From assembly GCA_002591725.1 (NCBI GenBank), contig NJAL01000006.1, positions 80,057-144,056 of the forward strand: DNA of 64,000 nt, in the 5' to 3' direction. This document shows positions 56,099-64,000 of this stretch, piece after piece (positions within the stretch are counted from its first letter, which is position 1; each line of letters opens with the position of its first letter). The notes beneath the pieces are model-generated. The model had not been told where the DNA came from and did no database searches. It worked only from the letters and a program-made list of their open reading frames with translations. This stretch comes from Candidatus Didemnitutus mandela. GTDB taxonomy: Bacteria > Verrucomicrobiota > Verrucomicrobiia > Opitutales > Opitutaceae. Position numbers and translations under genes: made by a program.

Positions 56099-57499
56099 GT
56101 GTCTGCAGCCACTCGGAATGAAAGCCCCCCTTTGGGGGCGACGTCAGCAAAAATATCAGCAAACCGCGGACCTCCTTTTTCCGCAGAGGCCGAAGAACAT
56201 GTAATCGCCTGCTGTCTGCTCGACGGTAGTGACACAATCGCGCGTTGTTTAGAATCCCGAGTTTCAGCAGACGCTTTTTATATCCCCCAAAACCGTCTAC
56301 TCTTCGATTTGATTGTCAAACTCTACCAAAAAAGAGGGATCGTCTCCCTCGAAATCCTGGTTGAGGAGCTCAAGACCAACCGTCAGCTCGAAATGGTTGG
56401 AGGTTTCCCCTATTTGATGCAAGTCACCAGCAAGATTCCCACGACCGCACATGCTGGCTACTTTATCGAAAAAGTTCGCGAGAAGCATCTGCTGCGCGAG
56501 CTCATCAAGACCGCCACCTGCGCAATTGAACAATGTTACGTTTTTTCGGGTGGGCTCGAGGAGTTCGTCGATAAAGTGGAGCAGGATCTTTTCAAGGTCA
56601 CCCAGGATCGTGTGAGCGACAGTGCCGAAGAGATCAAGGATTCCATCAAGGAAGCGAACACCGTCATCGCCAAAATGCTCCTAAAAAAAGGCGAGCTGAC
56701 CGGCGTGGCCTCCGGCTTCAAGGACCTCGATGCAATGACCTTCGGGTTCCAGAAGAAGGAAATGATCGTTATCGCAGCGCGTCCGTCGATGGGGAAAACC
56801 AGTTTTGCCCTCAATGTCGCCGAAGCTGCAGCCATACCAAAGCCTGGGAAAGCCGACGGTGTGCCGACGCTGGTGTTTTCGCTCGAAATGAGTTGCGCCC
56901 AACTCGCATTGCGTATGCTGTGTTCGCGCTCGCGAGTAAATTTGAAGCTGCTGCGCGACGGCCTAATCGGGCGCGACAGCCAACAAATCGCCGATCTTGG
57001 CAAAGCCGCCGAAGAACTAAAGAAAGCACCCATCCTAATCGACGATTCCAGCAACCTCACAATTATGGAGATGCGCGCCAAAACCCGGCGCATTTATTCG
57101 AGAAAAAGACTTGGCCTTGTTATCGTGGATTATCTGCAGCTCATCAGCGGAACTGACCAGCACGCTCTCCGTGAGCAACAAGTTGCAGAAGTTTCCCGCG
57201 GATTAAAGGCAATGGCAAAGGAATTAGATTTGCCGGTGATTGTTCTGAGCCAGCTCAACCGCGCCTCTGAAAAAGAAAATCGGACGCCACGCTTGTCAGA
57301 TCTACGGGAGTCTGGTTCAATTGAACAAGATGCCGACGTTGTGTTGATGCTGTCTCGGCCGAAAAACGTAGATGAAAAATTTCAAGTTGCTGTAGGCACC
57401 GCTGATTTAATCATTGCTAAACAACGCAATGGACCTGTAGGCGACTTAAAACTTACCTTCCTTCAAGAAATTACGCGTTTTGAAAATTTTACTTTTTAA
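56099..57499 (+). CDS. dnaB: Replicative DNA helicase
   Basis: AARPSMGKT, FSLEMS, VDYLQL, LSQLNR, DLRESGSIEQDAD, KQRNGP. Confidence 0.97.
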   Translation: MSAATRNESPPLGATSAKISANRGPPFSAEAEEHVIACCLLDGSDTIARCLESRVSADAFYIPQNRLLFDLIVKLYQKRGIVSLEILVEELKTNRQLEMVGGFPYLMQVTSKIPTTAHAGYFIEKVREKHLLRELIKTATCAIEQCYVFSGGLEEFVDKVEQDLFKVTQDRVSDSAEEIKDSIKEANTVIAKMLLKKGELTGVASGFKDLDAMTFGFQKKEMIVIAARPSMGKTSFALNVAEAAAIPKPGKADGVPTLVFSLEMSCAQLALRMLCSRSRVNLKLLRDGLIGRDSQQIADLGKAAEELKKAPILIDDSSNLTIMEMRAKTRRIYSRKRLGLVIVDYLQLISGTDQHALREQQVAEVSRGLKAMAKELDLPVIVLSQLNRASEKENRTPRLSDLRESGSIEQDADVVLMLSRPKNVDEKFQVAVGTADLIIAKQRNGPVGDLKLTFLQEITRFENFTF

Positions 57500-59936
57500 T
57501 ATCACAAACATAGCTTTTTTATTTTTCTCCCTTATTTTGGGTGCTCCTCTGCTTAGCGGACAACAAATAGCCGAAACAGCCGTTTTTCCACTACAGAAGC
57601 TGGCCAAGAGAGTTGGCACAATCACGATCAAGTTTGTCGGCGTAGGCAGTGTCAGCGAACAGGCGGTTCGAGCCAACATGTTGTTGCGGGCTAACACCAA
57701 TTTTGACGAAGCCTTGATCGATCGCGATATCCACTCCCTTTACAAGACCCATCTTTTCGACTTCATTGAAGTAAATCGGCAAGACCAGCCTGGCAACGTC
57801 GTAAACCTCGTTTTCAAGCTAACGTCCAAATCTCGCATTTCCTCCATCAAGTTCGAAGGCAACCGAGCCTATACCGGGCGCAGCCTTCGCAATAAAATCA
57901 AGAGCAAGTCCAAGGTCTTCCTTAGCGAAAACCAGATAAAAGAAGACGCAGAAAAGATCCATGAATTCTATAGTAGTAAAGGGTTTAGCGAATCCCAGGT
58001 TACCTACGACATCGATCTCAACAGCGATACAGGCCTGAGTACGGTTGTCTTCAAAGTTCACGAAGGAGACAAAGTCTACATCAAAGATATCCGCTTTATC
58101 GGCAACGCCCACATCAAAAGCAAAACACTCCGCCGCCAGATAAAGACCCAAAAGAAGGATATATTCTACTGGTTCACCGGCGTCGGCCAATTCAAGGACG
58201 ACGTCTTCGACGACGACCTCGACACCCTCCGTAGTTACTACCAGGGACACGGCTTCCTCGACTCCGAAATTGCCAAAAACAAAGTAACCTTTGATTATTC
58301 CAAAAAAAAGGACCTCGTCATCACCATCTACATCGACGAAGGTCGCCAATATCGCATTGGTAAAATATCCTTCTCCGGAAACAAGGTCCATTCCAATGCC
58401 CTGCTGCTAAAAACCATTGAAACCATTGATCAGAAGGCTGGCATGTTATTCTGCCCATCAAAGCTTGATGAGGGCGCCAGTCGAATCGAGAAACTCTACG
58501 GCCACTACGGCTACATCAACATTTATGTACATCTGATCCCCAAACCCAACCCCGAAACCGGTAAAATTGATGTCGAATACGTCATCCAGGAAGGCGATAA
58601 ACACTATGTCGAAAGCCTGGACATCGAAGGCAACTCGAAGACCAAAAACACTGTTATTCTGCGCGAACTGGCTCTTGCCCCCGGCGATGTTTTTAGCTCA
58701 ACCGCCATCGAGCTTTCGAAGCTACGCCTCGAAAATATGCGTCTCTTCGACGGTCCGTCGCTCAGCCTAACGGCAGAACCCACCAACGTCCCGGGACGCA
58801 ATAATCTCAAAGTCATAGTAAAGGAAGCTCGCACAGGTAACCTGTCTTTCGGCCTCGGCTTAAGCTCGCTAAAAGACACGGTCATCTTCTCGGAAGTGAC
58901 GCAGTCGAACTTCGATCTCTTCAATAGAAAAGGCTTCTTCCAAGGTAGCGGTCAGAAACTCCGCCTACACTTCCAGCTCGGTTCGCAGTCGAACGAAGCC
59001 ATCATCGCCTTCGAAGAGCCATGGTTCCTCGAAAGAAAGCTCACCCTCGGATTCCAAGTCTACCGTGCCAGATCCAATATCGAAAGCCGCTACTACGATA
59101 AAACTAGTATGGGTGGTCAGGCTTATATACGAAAACGCATCTTTCACTGGGTCGACAGCACCCTGCGCTACACTTACGAAAAGATCCTTATCGCAAACAC
59201 AACTAATGATGCTCCCATCCCGGCTAAAACTGAATCTAAAAAAACGTATCTTTCTAAGCTCAGCTTAGCTCTGGAACACGATACGCGGGACAAACTCGTC
59301 AGCACCAACTCTGGTGGTCACGGAATACTAAGCGCCGAACTCTCCGGTGGTTTACTCGGTGGTAACAACGATTTCTACCGGATCGAATTCCAAGGTTCAC
59401 AGTTCTTCCCCTGCTTCCGTCAGTACAAGCACAGTCAAGTGTTAAGCTTTATCTTGCACGCAGGTATTGTTGACAGCTACGGGGAAAACCAAAAAATTAA
59501 TTATAGGTATCAACCACTCTACAACGATACGGATAACCCCACATACATAGAGATAGGTTATATCCCGGGTGTACACTACTCAGATCGTTACTTCCTCGGC
59601 GGCCCTCAAAACCTTCGCGGTTTCAGGTACCAGGGAGTCGGTCCAAAGGATAGATTGGGACACCCCCTTGGCGGAAATACTTTTAGCTCCTTAAGCGCCG
59701 AATACAGTTTCGAGATCTTTAAGCCGATTTACTTCGCTTTTTTCTACGACATTGGCTTTTTAAACAAACATTCCTATGATTTTAATCTGAAAAACATAAA
59801 CGACAACATTGGCTGCGGAATTCGTATTTTTGTTGGCAAAACTCCCCTTAGCATCGACTACGGCATTCCGATCAACAGTGATGCTTTCAACAAAAACAGT
59901 GGCCAGTTTAACTTCTCCTTCGGTACCCGTTTCTGA
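57480..59936 (+). CDS. bamA: Outer membrane protein assembly factor BamA
   Basis: Signal peptide, POTRA repeats, TGNLSFG, LRGF lid motif, C-terminal FSFGTRF; start uncertain (TTG overlaps dnaB). Confidence 0.93.
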   Translation: MKILLFNITNIAFLFFSLILGAPLLSGQQIAETAVFPLQKLAKRVGTITIKFVGVGSVSEQAVRANMLLRANTNFDEALIDRDIHSLYKTHLFDFIEVNRQDQPGNVVNLVFKLTSKSRISSIKFEGNRAYTGRSLRNKIKSKSKVFLSENQIKEDAEKIHEFYSSKGFSESQVTYDIDLNSDTGLSTVVFKVHEGDKVYIKDIRFIGNAHIKSKTLRRQIKTQKKDIFYWFTGVGQFKDDVFDDDLDTLRSYYQGHGFLDSEIAKNKVTFDYSKKKDLVITIYIDEGRQYRIGKISFSGNKVHSNALLLKTIETIDQKAGMLFCPSKLDEGASRIEKLYGHYGYINIYVHLIPKPNPETGKIDVEYVIQEGDKHYVESLDIEGNSKTKNTVILRELALAPGDVFSSTAIELSKLRLENMRLFDGPSLSLTAEPTNVPGRNNLKVIVKEARTGNLSFGLGLSSLKDTVIFSEVTQSNFDLFNRKGFFQGSGQKLRLHFQLGSQSNEAIIAFEEPWFLERKLTLGFQVYRARSNIESRYYDKTSMGGQAYIRKRIFHWVDSTLRYTYEKILIANTTNDAPIPAKTESKKTYLSKLSLALEHDTRDKLVSTNSGGHGILSAELSGGLLGGNNDFYRIEFQGSQFFPCFRQYKHSQVLSFILHAGIVDSYGENQKINYRYQPLYNDTDNPTYIEIGYIPGVHYSDRYFLGGPQNLRGFRYQGVGPKDRLGHPLGGNTFSSLSAEYSFEIFKPIYFAFFYDIGFLNKHSYDFNLKNINDNIGCGIRIFVGKTPLSIDYGIPINSDAFNKNSGQFNFSFGTRF

Positions 59937-59994
59937 TGCTAGTCTAGCCTCATATAATAATATATCATCTAACCTAATATATCATTCCCCATCA

Positions 59995-60657
59995 ATGAAT
60001 AAAATGATACGCATCCTTGCACTCCTCGCCATTTTTTCCGTTGTGACGGCCGGGTTTGCCCAACCTGCGCCAAAAATTCTCGTTATCGACATGGAGAAAG
60101 TTCTTAGTAAACACTATAAAGCCGAAAAAGAAAACGCAGAAATCCAAGAAGTTGCCCAAAAGGCCCAGGAGCAGCTCAATAACTTGCAGAAGAAAATTCA
60201 GACCACCTCCGACCAATACAAAGAGCTAGACGAACAGTCCAGGAACGCCCTTCTAAAACAGGAAGTCCGTAGGAAGGCCGAGGCCGATTCACATAAGAAA
60301 ATGCAGGAAATCCAAAGCATAAGCGACGATGCACAAAGTTTCCGCATGAGCATGCAGCAGTCCCTCCAGCAACGCATCAAAAATTACCGTGACATTCTTT
60401 TCAAAGAAACCGCCAAAATCGTCAAGAACATCGCTGTGGCCCGTGGTGCGACCTTTGTGTTCGACAAATCAGGTCTATCGCTAATCGGAATTCCTAACAT
60501 AGTTTACTCCGATCCGGCTTACGAAATAACCGACGATGTGCTCAAGGAAGTAAACAAGGGCAGATCAACCGCCGTCGCTCCCACATCAGCCACAGCACCG
60601 AGCACGCCTTCGCAGCCTAATGTATCCAATGTAACACCGGAAACAAAGAGGCGTTAA
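59995..60657 (+). CDS. skp: OmpH/Skp periplasmic chaperone
   Basis: Signal peptide, KILVIDMEKVL, coiled coil, VFDKS..YEITDDVL; bamA-skp-lpxD context. Confidence 0.9.
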   Translation: MNKMIRILALLAIFSVVTAGFAQPAPKILVIDMEKVLSKHYKAEKENAEIQEVAQKAQEQLNNLQKKIQTTSDQYKELDEQSRNALLKQEVRRKAEADSHKKMQEIQSISDDAQSFRMSMQQSLQQRIKNYRDILFKETAKIVKNIAVARGATFVFDKSGLSLIGIPNIVYSDPAYEITDDVLKEVNKGRSTAVAPTSATAPSTPSQPNVSNVTPETKRR

Positions 60658-60664
60658 CCTTACC

Positions 60665-60700
60665 AAGCTCTGTTCAATATTCAAGTAAACAGAGCTTTTT
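60665..60700 (+). terminator. Hairpin with short T tail between skp and lpxD
   Basis: aagctctgtt-13nt-aacagagctt followed by ttt. Confidence 0.35.
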
Positions 60701-60705
60701 CCGCC

Positions 60706-61737
60706 ATGTCGGTCGCCTATCATCCCGAAGAAATCATTGCCATCGTTTCCCCCGAATTCCAGAACGGCTCCACTAGCGAACTCATCCGTAGTATTGCTTC
60801 ACTATCAACCGCCCGGCCGGGCGACCTTTCCTTTCTCGGCAACCCGAAATACAAGGCTAAAGTTGCTAATACGGCCGCTTCCATCGTGCTAGTCCCGTTA
60901 AATTTCGTCAGGGAGCCAGCTACCGACCAGCTCTTTCTCTATGTCGCCAATCCATCGACCGCCCTCGCAAAAGTTTGCAGTCGCATCGAGCAGTCGCTCT
61001 GGCCAAAACCTCCCCCTAGCATCCATTCCACCGCTTCGGTAGACCCCACAGCAACGATCGCTTCCACTGCCACCATCGGGCCGCTCTGCGTTGTCGAGGG
61101 GAACGTGGAAATCGGTGAAGGTTCGTATCTGCAAGGCCATATCTTCGTCGGCCATCACACGAAAATCGGACGCAATTGCTGGATCATGCCTGGCTGCATC
61201 ATCTCTACGGCATGTGAACTCGGCCACCGCGTTCGCCTCCAATCCGGAGTCGTAGTTGGCTCCGATGGTTTCGGCTACGAATTCGTCGCGGGACACCACG
61301 AAAAAGTTCCGCAAGTTGGAAACGTCGTCGTCGGAAACGATGTTGAAGTCGGCGCCAACACCACGATCGATCGAGCCCGGTTCAGCCACACTATCATCGG
61401 CGAAGGCACTAAAGTCGACAATCTCGTACAAATCGGCCACAATGTCGTCATCGGTCGCCACTGTATTTTGTGCGCGCAAGTAGGCGTCTCTGGCAGCACA
61501 ACTATCGAGGACTACGTGATCCTCGGGGGACAGGTAGGTGTCGGCGGCCACATCACCATCGCCAGAGGCACGAAGGCCGGCGGCCAGACCGGTATTGTCA
61601 ACGACACAAACCCGGGCACCTACCTAAACGGAACGCCTGCCATATCCTACGTTCTCGAGCGGCGACTCCAAGTGCTCCACCAACGCTTGCCGGAACTCTT
61701 CAAACGCGTCTCCACACTCGAAGGGAATCCAGAATAA
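60706..61737 (+). CDS. lpxD: UDP-3-O-acyl-glucosamine N-acyltransferase
   Basis: [10 protein letters not shown], hexapeptide repeats, [28 protein letters not shown]. Confidence 0.96.
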   Translation: MSVAYHPEEIIAIVSPEFQNGSTSELIRSIASLSTARPGDLSFLGNPKYKAKVANTAASIVLVPLNFVREPATDQLFLYVANPSTALAKVCSRIEQSLWPKPPPSIHSTASVDPTATIASTATIGPLCVVEGNVEIGEGSYLQGHIFVGHHTKIGRNCWIMPGCIISTACELGHRVRLQSGVVVGSDGFGYEFVAGHHEKVPQVGNVVVGNDVEVGANTTIDRARFSHTIIGEGTKVDNLVQIGHNVVIGRHCILCAQVGVSGSTTIEDYVILGGQVGVGGHITIARGTKAGGQTGIVNDTNPGTYLNGTPAISYVLERRLQVLHQRLPELFKRVSTLEGNPE

Positions 61738-61786
61738 CTCTTCGCCTTGAAACAAGAATCTTCTTACGTCGGGAAGCCATCCACCC

Positions 61787-62734
61787 ATGAGGAACACTTG
61801 CCTAAAAATTTTTTCCTGTTCTTCCAACCGTCCCCTTGCCAAGAAAATCTGCGAATTCATCGGGATGTCCCTCGGCGACGCCACCGTCTCTTGTTTTCCA
61901 AACGGTGAGTCCTTCGCTAAAATAAACGAAAATGTCCGGGGCGCCGACGTCTTCATCATCCAATCCACTTGTCCGCCAACCAACCACCACTTGATGGAGT
62001 TGCTGATCATGATCGACGCCGCTAAGCGCGCATCAGCCTCCAGGATTACGGCAGTCATTCCCTTTTACGGCTACGCCCGACAGGATCGCAAAGATCAGCC
62101 TCGCGTTTCGATCACCGCCAAGCTCGTTGCCAATCTCCTCACCGCTGCCGGTGCCAATCGCGCGCTAATGATGGATCTGCATAGCCAACAGATCCAAGGA
62201 TTCTTCGACGTTCCCGTCGATCACTTACTCGCGTCTCCTATCTTTTTTCAACACGTCGCCACAAAGCGCAGCAACAATCTCGTAGTCTGCTCGCCCGATG
62301 TCGGAGGCATTAAAATGGCCGCCGCCTACGCCAACGTTTTGGAGTCGTCACTCAGTTTCGTGGCAAAAAAACGCGTCAATGCGACTACCGTCGAAGCTGT
62401 AAAAATCGTCGGGGATGTTGCCAATTGCGACGTTTTGCTGGTCGATGACATCATCGAAACGGCGGGCACCGTCACAGCCGCTGCCAAGATGCTACGGGAA
62501 AATGGCGCTGTCAGCGTCCGCGCTGCGATCAGCCACTGTGTTCTAGCTAAGATAGCCTATGAGCGCCTGCAAGCCAGCGCGCTAGACGAGCTGATCACCA
62601 CAAATTCCGTGCCGGTCGACCCGCGAGGGTTGTCCATTACTGTCCTCAACATTGCGCCCATTCTGGGTGAGGCTATTCTGCGCATTAATAACAACGAAAG
62701 CGTCACCAGTCTTTTTAGAATCAAAGGGGTCTAA
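61787..62734 (+). CDS. prs: Ribose-phosphate pyrophosphokinase
   Basis: NENVRG, PFYGYARQDRK, DLHSQQIQGFF, SPDVGG, LVDDIIETAGT. Confidence 0.96.
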   Translation: MRNTCLKIFSCSSNRPLAKKICEFIGMSLGDATVSCFPNGESFAKINENVRGADVFIIQSTCPPTNHHLMELLIMIDAAKRASASRITAVIPFYGYARQDRKDQPRVSITAKLVANLLTAAGANRALMMDLHSQQIQGFFDVPVDHLLASPIFFQHVATKRSNNLVVCSPDVGGIKMAAAYANVLESSLSFVAKKRVNATTVEAVKIVGDVANCDVLLVDDIIETAGTVTAAAKMLRENGAVSVRAAISHCVLAKIAYERLQASALDELITTNSVPVDPRGLSITVLNIAPILGEAILRINNNESVTSLFRIKGV

Positions 62735-62749
62735 GAGCGGCTGGCTAAC

Positions 62750-64000
62750 CGTGCTCCGGAAGATTATTGTAGGTCCTCCACTTCTATAGAAATCCACCCA
62801 GTTGCTGTCTTTCCCGTCTTCAGGGCTGGTGCCGCTTTGTTCGGAGCTACTTCCCCTAAGGGAACAAAACTCCCCGCGGGGCAAACCGAACTGAAGGTCA
62901 ACAGCTCGCCAATGAGCAACAGTAAAGGTCAGCTACTGCAGAATGCATATCATGCCGATTCGCGCCCCATTATCGTTTCCGTTTTTCCCATGCCAGATCG
63001 TGCGCAAATTAGCCCCCCCGCTCTACAGGCCTGGTCTGCAGGATCGCGAAAAAAAGGGATAGGGTCTCAGCTCTGGGATCATCATTTCCCCAAATTGCTA
63101 CATCCTAACAAACAACAATTTCGTTTCTGACGCCCACGAACTCAAAGTTTCCTTCAACAACGATCGCAAGCTCAAAGCCAAAGTCATGGGCACCGACCTG
63201 AAGAACAATATTTCCGTCATCAAAATCGGAAACCAATAGCCTACATGCAGTTATGATGGCCGATGACGAAAAACTCCGTGTCGGCAATGCGGTATTCGCC
63301 ATCGGATTACCGATGGTTGGGCATATGGATTATGTAGATAATAGGAATATCATACCCCTCCATCAGCCGGCAAGTCAGCATTCTAGCAACTTCGCCAAGT
63401 TACAAAAGCTTCACTAAAACCGATGCATTTCATCAGTTACGCTAACTCCGACAGCTCATTGGTCCATGACAAAGGAGGCTTGACCGGCATCAGCTCCAGC
63501 CATCATTTCAAGTAAACAAGGCCCCATCGGCATCGGCTTTGCCACCCCAATCAACATCGCTCGCACGATAATGACCAGCTCCACCAATTCCAGCACGGAT
63601 ACAACAAGGCTACCCTGGTATACCATGCCAATCCATTACCCAGAAAAATGCTAAATCCCTTGGTCTGAACTCCGACACCCATGACGCCACCGTCACCGGT
63701 CCTCCCGCCGGCCAAAGCAGGTTTGAAGTGCGAAGACCTTATTAAAGGATATAAATAGCCGTCCGGTGAGCTTTACGGATGACCTCTAGCTCTCTATCGC
63801 TCAAATGGATGCCCGGCAGCAAAGCAACGATCAATTGCGTACGCCAAGGAAAAAGGATGAAGACCAACATCGTCTTGGGAAAGCTCTAGAACGAGATTGC
63901 CAACGGCAAGCTCCTCCCGAGTATCACGATTCAGGCCAGCAACAACAACTTTAAAAAGCCATTCCCTCGGCGATCCGTGCCAATGACATCGGCATCACCA
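62750..64000 (+). pseudogene. degP: Do/DegP (HtrA) serine protease remnant, running off the window end
   Basis: SGIIISPNCYILTNN, KAKVMGTDLKNNISVIKI, KLRVGNAVFAIGLP, KTDA..NS, PIGIGFATPIN; many stops and frameshifts. Confidence 0.8.

Overview
Bacterial chromosome segment, most likely from an Opitutaceae (Verrucomicrobiota) genome in the middle of reductive evolution. This is an inference from protein style, the rplY-pth-rpsF-ssb-rplI-dnaB-bamA-skp-lpxD-prs gene order and Ig/NHL surface-protein relics, and the pattern resembles a host-restricted symbiont. About 30 intact genes (translation, fatty-acid synthesis, folate, LPS/outer-membrane biogenesis, replication) and two tRNAs alternate with long stretches of heavily eroded pseudogenes that the ORF track does not show. 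I could reconstruct many of these by hand across frameshifts: ychJ, bacterioferritin, an NHL-repeat protein, glutaredoxin, dcuC, a hoxEF(U)YH-hoxW bidirectional hydrogenase operon, NUDIX, an Ig-domain protein, DUF192, an EF-hand protein, M16 peptidase, sodA and degP. The most notable observations are: (1) a fossil ~4-kb mobile element at the 3' end of tRNA-Asn, bounded by a decayed att duplicate and carrying a tyrosine integrase plus an HUH rolling-circle Rep remnant; (2) an in-frame fusion of a hybrid response regulator/histidine kinase to ProC; (3) a mutational signature of inverted duplications (one replaces the SOD metal-binding motif) and short tandem duplications; (4) a fresh single-base frameshift in rfaD and a probable ATA start for fabF. 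All family assignments are by eye, without database searches, and pseudogene boundaries are approximate.
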